From positions 14,198,001-14,262,000 of the forward strand of contig CM075989.1 of assembly GCA_038087875.1 (NCBI GenBank): DNA of 64,000 bases. Direction: 5' to 3'. This DNA is from Malacoraja senta. Its lineage: Eukaryota. The notes under the pieces were generated by a model that did no database searches, was not told the DNA's origin, and saw nothing but the letters and a program-made list of their open reading frames with translations. This document shows positions 1 to 10,974 of this stretch, one piece after another (within the stretch, counting starts at the first letter, position 1; every line of letters starts with the position of its first letter). The position numbers and the translations under genes are program-made.

Positions 1-224
1 AGCGCTCCTCCGCTGTCCCTGGCCACCACCTTCGCGATGTGTTTGTGTGTGTGTGCTGTCGATAGCAAAGATCCTGTAGGATCTTTGGTTAGTAGATGCA
101 GCTCACGCTTCGGTCGAGGCTTTCCAGGCAAGTGACCAAAACCTCTGGCGACTCATGGAAACCTTGGGTGGGGCGCAAGGTCACCAGAGGTTTCCGTTCA
201 GGTTTCCTAAGTGGGACAGGGGCA
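1..224. mobile_element. PIF/Harbinger-type MITE, right end (cut by window edge)
   Basis: Ends in aagtgggacaggggca followed by TAA. Same TIR core as the other MITEs. Internal sequence resembles 57280-57350. Confidence 0.7.
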
Positions 225-2612
225 TAATAGGATTTCTGGTAAAATACTATTATCAGATGAACACGCTATGCTTTATTTTAAGGGAAGCCATTCTCTTACT
301 TTATCACTGTAAGAGATTCTAGGAACACTTCTTTCCTTTTAGTATCAGTCAGTTTACCCTTCCAGTGTAGCGTCTAGCATTAAGAACTGAGGTCATTTAG
401 TTATCGGAGGTGAACATGGTCTCATCTGGAATGTGCGCAAGTCAAATGTTTGGGTTTATTGGACAAAACCTGTAACTCAAAGTTATTTATCAGCCACTAA
501 TATACTTTCAGGAAGAATTTAAATCCCCCAAATTCAGATTGAGTGATGGACAAAAGGAAAAATTAAATAAAATGGATTTCTATATTTTTTGTGAGGATTG
601 TGTCTAGAAATGAGTTGCTGGTCAGTAGTGACTTAAGTGGAATGAAATTCAGAGGCAGAGTGCAACATGCTGATGTTAAAATGAGTTGTGTTTTACGTCA
701 CTGACTGGAGTTAAATAACTGGGCAATCATGTTAAAATTAATGTTGACATAAATGGGAGAAGTGACAATTACAAAATACACTTAATTAAATTATGGAATG
801 TTTAGTTTTGCAATTTAAAAAGTTCACCTTTATCATCTTGAACTTGATCATCAAAGTGCCTTTTTACTGGGACATTACTGTTTGTTTTAGTATTCGATGA
901 AAACAAAAGCACCAAATCTAACAAGGTTTTTAATACTTTATCCAATTTTGCCCACGTGAGACATTATGCATTTTGTAAGGTAACTAAAAGAGGAAAACCT
1001 TGAATTTCCATATGACTGAATACATGGCAAAAACTCCACCAGCCAAAACATATTTATAATTTCCCCTCCCTCCATTCCCTCATTGCTGTGATTGTTCGAA
1101 ACAGGATGCTGAATAACATACTTTTGTTAATAAATCATCACTTATAAGGCTGACCATAACTTGAATATACTCTCAAATTCAACTCTTTGGCATTATATAA
1201 TCAATATACAATCAATATCACTCATTAAAATAAAAATTATCTTGCATGATGAGGTACAAAAAATATACTCTTCAAAGTAAACAAAAATGCATAAACATAC
1301 AGTATCTCCAAATCTTTGTTCACTGCATGGTTTGATTTTAATGAAAAATAACCTTAACTAAATATTGGAGGCTCGCTGTGAATTGGATGAAATCCACAAT
1401 ATTTCTTCCAGTTTAGTAATTTGCCTGGCTGACTAATGCTGGACTAATCCATATAAGCATAGTAGCATCCAGTGTTGTGCAGTGTGCAACTGGCTGGCAG
1501 TTTTATTTTATTTTTATTCACACCTTTAAGAATCTCCAAGTGCAAGGCCTGCTTGGATGTGCTTTAAAGTGGATCTGCATGAGCTGGTCCCACGCAGTTG
1601 AATTTTGCACTGCAAAGCCATCTGCAGTTGACTCCTTTGTCTATCTCTTCTAAGGTTTCCCAGTTCCTGGACAGGTGTCCAATGCTTAATCTGACCTCAC
1701 TCCTAACCTTATATCTCCACCTCTCTACACGCCAGGCCCAATTCCGAACCCCCAAGCATGGTATTCATGCAAAACTCCAGGTTCAGCCATGACGAGGTCT
1801 TGTGTTATGGTGTTGGGCATTAAGGGAAGGGCTTGGAGTGTCCAAGTGTTGCCCTGTGGCACACACCACCTTGGACTACTAAATTTCCCCGTGCTATTGC
1901 CTGCAAACAAAACTTTCATTGATTTGCTGTGAAACTGATTGAATATGATCTCTGAACAAATGCCCATCAGGTACCAGGCCATAGAAACTTAAAGCATTTT
2001 ACTGATTTTATTTTTGAGGAGAATATTTTTGTAACATTTTATGTAAGACTGTAGTAATGGAGCGATCAGAGGAAATGCCCCATGTGTTGAAAATATGTAA
2101 TTCTAAGTTAAAATACACAACTAAAATAATAAAAATCACTGAATCGCCTTTTGTGTTATGATATAATTTGCAAGTTGCAGTGGAAGTAAATAATTATTTT
2201 TGAATTTCATGAGAGAACTTAACATAATGAATTCTTAATTTCTGCAACAGTATTCTTACATTCAATGAGTCACAATGTTGGCAATAGTTTTAGTAAGTGC
2301 AGCCTGTGCATTTGATCTTATGTGGCAAAGGTGGGGAAGATCAATTAATGAAATACCAGTCTGTTCACAGATGATTTCCTAACGCAGAGAAAATTATTTT
2401 TTGTATAAATTATATTTCACTTATTTCTGCAAGCTTTTGGAGTTTGTTATTGCAAGATATAGCTAGAAAAATTATTTTGTCAATCATATGTATGTTTATG
2501 TATTTGGCTTGTAATACATTGATGGTTTGCTGACATGATATATTGACGCTCACTTTAACAAAAAAATTGATCACATGTGGTTTAATTCTAATGTCTTCTT
2601 TTTTTGTAACAG

Positions 2613-2867
2613 AGGCAGACATGGGATATCCAGCTGGTTCAGTGCTATTGCCCATCCCGCAGGACTTATAGATGCAAAAGCATTATGACTTATTTCTGGC
2701 AGTTATCTGCTTAAATATTTAATATCCTATAAATATCATCTACTTGCTGGGATATACGACATATGCTGTTCATGCCACGTGCAAAAATGTTATATGCAAA
2801 TGTGTAACTCGCTTGATCAAAGTTCCACAGAACTGACTGGAATCGGTAATACCTGTTGCCCCTCCCT
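2613..2867 (+). other. UNC13C: 5' UTR portion of the giant UNC13C exon, with uORFs
   Basis: Strong acceptor tcttctttttttgtaacag| at 2612. uATG 2621 (gacATGG) opens a 16-codon uORF ending at TAG 2669-2671. A further ATG follows at 2672. Confidence 0.65.
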
Positions 2868-5800
2868 ATGGTTTCTTCCCTTTTGAAGAATCTGCTCCAA
2901 GCTTACATTGCAAAGTTTTACAAAGGAATGTTTGCTAGGAAACAAGCAAATACAACAAGAAAAAGGGAGAGTAATAGTGACCACAAATTACTAAGGCACT
3001 CGCAAGCAAATCAGGCTCAAAATAAAAAAAAATCCACAAATTTGAAGACCACTGTCAAACGATTAGCAAAATGCCAATCTGCTCGTAATTTGTCCGTGGA
3101 TGAAGAGGAAGGAAGGGCAGAGTATTCGCTTTCTCCCACATTGAGTTACAGGGTGGCCATAGCTAATGGACTGGAAAGAAAACGAAGTTCTACCAGTAAT
3201 GATAAACAGGGTCCAGTGGTCTGGTCAGTTGGTTGTGCTACCTCTGAATCATTGAATGAAGTCAGTATTTCTCAGAAGGTGAAGGAGCAGAAGTCTCACA
3301 CTATGCCAGTCAGAAGAAATAGGAAAAGTGTCAGTAGCCTTCCTGCGTCAGATGGAAGCTCGGATACGGATCGTACAATACTACGACTAGGTGCGTTACG
3401 TAAACTTCGCAAATGGAAGAAAAGTCAAGAGTGTATTTCCTCAGAGACAGAAATGAGTACTTGGAAAAAGTCTCTTGGTTTCAGGAGCAAATCTTTGGAC
3501 AGAACTGGGCGCTTGCAGCAGAAGAGTGGACTAGAACCAACATTCAGTTCAACTGGCTGCATCAGTCAGACTCACGATGTCATGGAAATGATCTTTAAGG
3601 AACTTCAAGGAATAAGTCAAATAGAAACTGAGCTGTGTGAACTGCGTGGGCATGTGAATGCTCTGAAACAGTCCATTGATGAAATTTCCACAAGTGTGGA
3701 AGTGGTGCAAACCGAAATTGAGCAGTTACGCTCTGGATTTGTACAGTCCAGAAGAGAAACCAGAGATATCCATGACTATATTAGACAAATTAACTATCAA
3801 GGAAACTGTGTAAGCCTAAGATTTATTAATGTACCAGAAGATGTGCACGAGAATACTGAAAATATTATTTATGCAATTATAGAAGACAAGTTAGGGCTTA
3901 CGGATGCACGAAAAACTGTTCAGATTGAAGTTGCCCATAGGCTGGGGCAGCGGCGAGACTGTATCAGTGCTAAGCCCCGCCCTATTCTTGTGTATTTTGA
4001 CAATCCACAGAATAGAGATTTAATTCTCAAAAAATGTTATAAATTGAAAGGTTCTGGCATTGGAATTTCCACAGAGATCATTCATGACCCAAATGACAGA
4101 AAGGAATTTTCACTTCCACCAAAATCTCAGACCTATGAAAGTATGAATATGAAGTTAACGACGGCTGAAGAGGAGCCGAGAGGCAGTGAGTGGGCATCGT
4201 CAGCATCCAGTGACAAAGACCTGGAGGAAGCCCTTCACAGCCACAGTTTTGAAGTTAGTTCAAAAGCAGTTTTTGAGAAAGTACTCATCTCTTCAAAATT
4301 AGGTGCAGAATCTCACAATGTTGTTAACGTTGACAGAACTGTTGTTTGTAGCTCGTATTCAAATTCAACGCAGTTATGTACTGCTGACAATTTTCATTCA
4401 CCTCCACTTGAAGACGCCCAGAAACATACAGAGCCTTACTACAATGAGCTCTCACCCACGTGGCTGCAGAGTGATTGCTGCACAACTAAGCTCAGTCACT
4501 CAGAGTCTGATTTTTCTAAGCTCTGTCAGTCAGTATCATACTCTGAAGATTTTTCAGACAATCAGTTCTTTCTCAGAGCAGATGGTGCCTCGGTTGTTTC
4601 ATCTTCAGAAAAGGATATTTGGTTAAGAGGTAAAGAAGAAGGAGAATCCTCATGGAATAATACCAGTAATCAACCATATGACTATGAAGACCAACATTAC
4701 ATGCGACAAACAGAAACGGAAAAGACAGAAACTGCTGATAGTGGCATGAGCAATGGGTTAATATGTGCATCTGGTGAGAGAAGCCATTACAGTGATTCTC
4801 AGTTGTCCTTGCAATGTGACCTCTCGCCATGGAAAGAATGGCAGCATCTGGAGCAAGGCACAGACTCTGGTCTAGGCACTTCACAGCATGTCTTTGCTTC
4901 TGAAGTAAATAGCCCATCAGAGCAAAATGTCTTGAGCTACACAACAGATTTTGATGAAAGTTACCAGGCTGCTGGCCAAGACTACGAGGAGGAAATATAT
5001 GAGGCAACATTTGGCACTTCTGAATGTATTGATTTTGATGGGGAACCTCAAAATCAGTGGGAAAATGCATATAAACCCTATCATGACTCGTATTCTACTG
5101 ATTATTATCAGTATCAAAACAGATCTCCACTAAGATGTCACAGTCAGAGTGAGCTACCTAATGATAATGACACAGCAGAGACACCTGCTAAATCCTGGCA
5201 TAGTCACCTAAGTATTGATCTCTCAGATACTGGATTCAGTTTTCAGAAATTTGGATCATCACTTCAACGTGCTAAATCTGCCTTGGAAGTTGTTTGGAAT
5301 AAAATGGACTCTAGAAGTACCCAGAGTTTGAGTGAAGAAGAAGTAAGAGGCAATTTTATGGATCGTTTTAGGACCTTTTCTCAATCTACAGCAGGTGAAT
5401 CGAGCACTACTCTTGATTCTGATGTTTATTATGAGCCCTACTATTATAGAGCTGAGGAAGATGAGTCCAGTGAACAAGCAGGAGAAAATGGAATGGATTA
5501 TGTTGAGGTGATGGAGGAAGTTCTTGCAAAACTGGAAAATAAGACATTTCATAAAGAAAGTAATGAACAGACATTATCACCGGAACCTTTGGAAGAGTTT
5601 ACTGTTCCAGCCGTAGCTGAAGACAGTGAAGAGGTCTCTTATGATGTCGGCAGTCTTAATGAAGAAAAAGAGCCAATAGCTGAAATCTTAGAAGAGGCAG
5701 AAGAGCCTATAGCTAAAATCTTAGAAGAGGCAGAAGAGCCTATAGCTGAAATCTTAGAAGAGGCAGAAGAGCCTATAGCTGAAATTTTAGAAGAGACAGA

Positions 5801-5946
5801 AAATGATGCTGTTCCAGAAGAATGTTTAGAAAGTCATGAAAATCAGACTGCTCCAGAGGAACCTCCTCCTGAAGCTGCAAAGAAAGTTAGAATAAAACCT
5901 ACCTTCAGGCAAGCTGCTTTCAAAGCGTATAGACAACAAGTAGCAG
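2868..5946 (+). CDS. UNC13C: UNC13C (Munc13-3) giant first coding exon, about 1026 codons, N-terminal region
   Basis: The ORF contains hallmark Munc13-3 segments: SLSPTLSYRVAIANGL, LGALRKLRKWKKSQEC, CISQTHDVMEMIFKELQGISQIETEL, FGSSLQRAKSALEVVWNK, ESSTTLDSDVY. The likely start is ATG 2868 (the ORF track begins at TTG 2856). Donor GCAG|GTACGA at 5946/5947 is phase 1, matching the next exon (G+AT = Asp). Confidence 0.96.
3582..4103 (+). other. LINE ORF1p-like (Transposase_22-type) coiled coil + RRM-like module within UNC13C
   Basis: Heptad coiled coil (about aa 243-312 of the ORF), then SLRFINVPE, IEVAHRLG, KPRPILVYF and RDLILKK..KLKGSGIGISTE, in the order and spacing typical of LINE ORF1p. Confidence 0.7.
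5661..5801 (+). repeat. 33-bp coding minisatellite, (EEAEEPIAEIL) about 4 copies
   Basis: Unit gaagaggcagaagagcctatagctgaaatctta at 5691, 5724 and 5757 with 0-1 mismatches each, plus a shorter degenerate unit at 5661 and a partial unit at 5790. Confidence 0.97.
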
Positions 5947-6944
5947 GTACGAACAACATATCTATAGAAATAATGTTCGGGTGATGTTTGCTAAACAATA
6001 TGAGGAAATATAATATCAGAAACAAAATACAATGTGCATGATATTGGCTATTGAATGCAATTCAGATTTGAACTCTCCTCTAGAGGTCTTAATTCAGGTA
6101 TACTGTAATTTAACTTTAAGTGGAAATCTGACAATTAGGAGTGAAATCATGCACGTATTTATTGTAGTGTGGATTTGATTACAAACTTTTGCTTTTCCTG
6201 TAGGCTTTCTTTTCTTTTTATATTCATTTAGTGAAAGTTTTATGTTATTTCATGTCATTATCTTTGTGAAGGATGTAGGCGATAATTGTCACCCTGACTA
6301 AAACCAGCTCTTGGGTATGTTCACTTATGTTTGAGGTGACAGTTTCAAATATTTAATTACTCCAGAATTGCAAAAGGAAGTTCACATAAACAAGTGAAGA
6401 TTCTTACTCATTTATGCATCTAATACTTAATTGTAATTAGGTTTTGAGCAATCAATGATTTGTGGTTGTGAATATTGTTAGTTTTATATACTATTGGATT
6501 TTATTTCAGTTTTGCAAATTAAATCTTAACTGATCAGAAATCCAAAGTATACTGATGATACTTGTCATTGTTTGAATAATATCAAGCATGACATATTTAT
6601 TTTACTTAGTTGACAAGAATGAAGCAAGTGATCCATTATTTGTCCCCGGACCATGTTATTTCTCTATAATGACAATTTCTCATTAGTTTCTTGTTTTGCT
6701 TGCCACCGATTTTCCATTTTCCCCCCACTAATTCTCAATTCTTTCCATGTAAGCTGGTAAAGTGCATCCGCAATTGGTTTTGTAATTGTGGACAGAAGCT
6801 GGTGGTGAAGGGATGTTTCTTTGGACAGATGTCTGTGACCAGTGCTGGGACCTATCATGTTTGTGATAGGCAATAATAACTTTTATGTCAATCTAGAAGG
6901 TATTAATGGTATATCTGAAAATGAATTGAAAACCTATTGTCATA

Positions 6945-7275
6945 GATGGTAGAGAGGGTATAGTTACAGAACAGCTAGAATGCTGGGCGGAGCGATGGCA
7001 GACGGAATTGAATTGAACAGAAGGAGTGTTGACAAATAGAGGGACCTTGGTATAATAGTCCACAAACATTAGAAGTGGCAACACAAGTAGATAGGATTGT
7101 GAAGAAGGCATGTGGGATGATTGCCTTCATTAGCTGTGTCATAGTACATCAAGAGTGGGGGTGTAATCTTACAACTTCATAGAGCATTAATTAGACCACA
7201 CCTGGAGTATTGTGTGCGGTTCTGCTCATCACACTGGAGAGAGGAGGTGATTGTGCTGGAGAGGATGCAGAAATT
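6945..7275 (+). mobile_element. CR1 LINE RT fragment (degenerate)
   Basis: Recognisable CR1 ORF2 segments (atggcagacggaatt; agaccacacctggagtattgtgtgcggttctg = RPHLEYCV). Confidence 0.8.
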
Positions 7276-7279
7276 TGTT

Positions 7280-7574
7280 TACGATACCGAGAATATTTTT
7301 CCCATGGAACAGCAGAGAAAAAGTGTTGGGGCTGCCATCTTCTGCTTCAGTAAGGGAAGCTGGTAGGTGATTGGCTGCAACGCCCCTCGGAGACAGCGTC
7401 TGATTGGCCGCCGAGTGACCAGCGCATTATGTGATTGGACGCAACCCCCTTAGAGACAGCGGTTGATTGGCCGTTTTTTTCCCCTTTTCAAAATCATACT
7501 GTTCCGATTTTTCACACTTTTTAAACTTAAAAATCGGAACAAATATGATAAAATCGGACTAGTTGGCAGGTATG
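7280..7574. mobile_element. Truncated hAT-like non-autonomous DNA transposon
   Basis: Ends in gttggcaggtatg (reverse complement catacctgccaac, a hAT-type terminus). Internal repeated tgattgg motifs. The other terminus is not seen. Confidence 0.45.
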
Positions 7575-7925
7575 TAATACCCTCCAATCCAGGGAGCATT
7601 CTGGTAAACCACTTCTGCACACTCTCCAAAACCTCCACATCCTTACTGTAATGGGGCAACCAGAACTGCACATAATGCTCCAAATGTGGCTTAATCAAAT
7701 TCCATAAATCTGCAACATGACTTCCTGACTCTTATACTCAATGTACCAACCGATGAATGCAAGCACACCATATGTCTTCTTTATCACTCTTATCTGCTTT
7801 TGTTGCCAGTTCAGAGGGCTCTTGACTTGAACCCAAGATCCTTTTGTACTTTAATGCTGTTACGGGTTTTGCCATTAACTGTATACTTTCTCCTTACATT
7901 CGACCTTCTAAAGTGCAACTCCTCA
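7575..7925 (-). mobile_element. CR1 LINE RT fragment
   Basis: ORF 7450-7698(-) reads IKPHLEHYVQFWLPHYSKDVEVLESVQKWFTRMLPGL, the CR1 ORF2 C-terminal region. Confidence 0.85.
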
Positions 7926-8559
7926 CATCTCACGCCTCATTAAGGTCCCTCTGTTTATCACACTCCTTCGGGTCTGACCCTTCTTTGCTCTCTAAAATGC
8001 ATCACCTTGCATTTGTTGGAAATCAATTCCATCTGTCATTGCACCACCCAGCTGATCTATATTTATATGCTCTCAAGAAGCGTCCAGACAAAGCACTTGA
8101 ATCACAATGCCAGAGAAGACTTTAAACCTCATCTGGGTAAATGGAATTAGTCTCGAATGGTACAACAGTCAGCATGGGCATGGTGAGCCAAAGGGCCTGT
8201 TTCTTTGCTGTAACACCTTATGACTAATTGTTGTCTCTGGTCCACTATTAATGTTCTTTTCCTTTTACTGATCTTTGTTTTCCTGGCCTTATTAAAATTG
8301 ATAATCGTGATCTCACTTTTGCACTCTATGCGATATAACTTTCTTTGCTACTCCCAAAACTGTGAAGGTCATAGCATTGAATGTCTTCAAGAGAAGATGG
8401 GTTTATCCATTCAGTGCTAGGGTAAGCAGTCACAGGTCCAGCATCCCATTGTTTACACCAGTTATTATTCTGATAATAATTATTATTCATTATAATAATT
8501 ATTATAACTGGTTTGCTGGTTTCCCATTCAATTAGGTGATGTTGAATTTATACCTTAAA

Positions 8560-9250
8560 CCTGTACTTTATTGTTCATTTTTTGGAATGGAGCTCTCGTG
8601 GCCAAGGTCAGCATTCATTGACCATCTCCAAATGCCTAGTGAAAGTGGTGATGAGCTTCATTTGACTGTGAACAACCCCTATTGTGATCTTACATTGGAA
8701 GCAATGTCATTGATGAAGCAGCTAAATGTTGGTCCCCGAACGTGGACCCACTGCAGACCGAGTCCCTCAAGCAATATCCTGGACCTGGCACAATTGCCAT
8801 TCAGCAACGTCAACCATCTTCCTCTTATGCGAGGTATGATTCTAACCAATAGAGTTCCCCTATCCAACCTTCCCCTTGACATCTTTGGTCTATTTTCAGA
8901 AGACTCCTTGATGCTACACTTGGTGAAAGGAACCAATATAAAGAGCAGTCGTTCTTGACTCTCCAAACAAATTAACCTCTTAGGTCCATGTTTGGACTAA
9001 TGCTGTGACTAGGTCTAGAAACTAGTGGTCCTGGTGAAACTCAAGATAAGTATCTGTGAGCAACACCTCATTGAAATTACTGTCACTGACATCTTCTGTC
9101 ATTTTCCTGATGATGAAGAGCAGACTGATTGATCATTAATTAGCTTGATTGGATTTGTCCTTTTAGTGGATGAGACATGCCTGGGCAATTCTCCACGTTG
9201 TTGGACAGATGCCAGTGTTGTAACTGTGTGGCTTGGCTTGGCTAGAGGTC
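8560..9250 (-). mobile_element. Old CR1-like LINE RT fragment
   Basis: ORF 8679-8966(-) ends in GPTFSCFINDI, the RT motif just before the FADD box. Heavily degraded. Confidence 0.6.
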
Positions 9251-10584
9251 ACCTTTGATTACAATCTCATTTTTTTAAATGTCAGTTGTTGCATTATCCA
9301 GTGTCTTTGGGAGAGAGAATTAATAATTTCTTCTATCTTTTAAATGGAAAATGTGTTTTGTGATTTTGTACATCAATTCAAGGTTATCGACTCAATGTAA
9401 GATCCTTTTATGTAATCTTTTGGCCACGTTCCTGACTCTGTTTCTTGGAGTTGGCAAGTTTCCGTACAGAAACTCCTTATTCTTAATGATTAGATGTGAT
9501 TTTGAACACCACAGTTATCTTGCAAAAATGTTTGGCAATTCTATCATATGGGATGGTCTACTAATCATGATGTTTTAAAGGTGTCCTTTCATGTGTGCTA
9601 AAAACAGTCACAGTTCCTACTTACCATTTATGACAGCCTGTAATATTGCAATGTGAAATGGTGCAATTGTATAATGTATTCCGAAAGATGTACACTGTGC
9701 TTTCTATGCACCGGCATAGAGAATACATGAGTTGCCCCATGGGGTGAATATAATCCAAGATGGATTTGTATAGTTTTCCTCAGAGAGCAATTAGACATTC
9801 TTTTGGAACTTCAAGTAAATATGAAACCGAACTGAATAAGATACTGAATAGCAGTGATTTTAATAAAAAAATATAACAGTTGATAAGGTTTTCTTTGTCA
9901 CTCATTACACAGTACAATAGAAGAATAAAAATATCACAAATATAGAGATGGCAATATATGTAAATATGTGTATAGTACAATAAACCCTAATTTCAATAGA
10001 CCCCTTAATTACAGATGTTGGATATAGCGTACGGACCTGCTGACACACCCACGGCCTGCACCATCTCTCCGGCCGCTTGGAGCCCCAGCTTTCAACGCCA
10101 CCCCTGGCTTGCAAGGTGCACCAGCAAGCCCTTCTTCACCCACTGCACAGTCTGTTGACACGGCTGTTGGTGCAGCTCACATTGGTGGCTCTGGGGATGG
10201 TGCTTTCTGCGGGCCACCAAGAGGATATGCTCTGTCACTGTGGGACTCCCTCCCCCCCCCCCCCCCACCTGCTGCTGCTTCTTGCTGTCAGTGGTGGCTC
10301 TCTCTGTTCCCACTCAACCGCTGCCTCCTCCCGCCACACTGTCCTCCCCCCCATGCCTTACCACTACTGCTACCTCCTCCTCCTCCCCCGGAGTCACCGA
10401 CATAGTCCACCTTGGAAGCAGCAGCATGTGAGAGGGGAGGGAGCCCCATGGTGACCGAGCATGTCTTGTCATTGGCAGCAGCCTGAAGAAAGCACTGTCC
10501 CAGGGGCATGCAATGTGAGCCTCAACAGCCGGTGGAGAAGTGTTCGCTGGTGCAGACCAGCGCCACCGGCGCCTAGTTTTAAAG

Positions 10585-10745
10585 TGAAACAACAGAAAGT
10601 GCTGGAGTAACTCAGCAGACTGAATCAGTCTGAACAAGGGTCCCGACGTCACCTATCCATGTTCTCCAGCGATGCTGCATGACCCACTGGGTTATTCCAG
10701 CACTTTGTGTCATTTTGTGTATATTAATCATCTTCTGCAGTTCTT
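10585..10745 (+). mobile_element. Penelope-like element terminus with short inverted end and degraded hammerhead core
   Basis: aaagtgctggagtaactcagc ... cagtctgaacaagggtcccgacgtcacc ... ttattccagcactttgtgtc, homologous to the PLE termini elsewhere in the window. Confidence 0.7.
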
Positions 10746-10759
10746 TAATTCAACTACAT

Positions 10760-10850
10760 ACAATGATAATATCTTACTCGGTTATAATGGACAATCGGCA
10801 ATAACAGACACCATTCCCTCTCCATGGTCTGTTATAACAAGGGTTTACTG
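10760..10850. mobile_element. Tigger/pogo-like MITE remnant
   Basis: ctcggttataatggac ... tctgttataacaagggtttactg, an inverted-repeat pattern typical of Tigger-type ends. Confidence 0.4.
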
Positions 10851-10974
10851 GGTATAAATGTACATACTCGTTATAATGGACTACATGATAACTTTTGGCA
10901 AGGATAATGTCTAATGATAGAAATACAAATAGGGTGATGCACACTTTTATATGTGGGAATGATTTGGTTGGCAA

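Noticed and set aside
1520-1990. Short ORFs upstream of the exon as a gene or exon
   Set aside because: No motif or splice support. Probably a decayed repeat that I cannot classify.
4303-5552. Overlapping and antisense ORFs within the giant exon
   Set aside because: Shadow ORFs of a long coding exon with no recognisable motifs.
5661-5801. CRISPR-like array
   Set aside because: Contiguous tandem units without unique spacers, inside a eukaryotic coding exon.
2856-5984. The 1042-aa ORF as a complete single-exon gene
   Set aside because: It starts at TTG and runs past a phase-compatible splice donor. Downstream UNC13C exons continue the frame, so it is one exon of a larger gene.
10077-10652. 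Cluster of Pro/Gly-rich ORFs
   Set aside because: Explained by GC-rich low-complexity composition that lacks stop codons.
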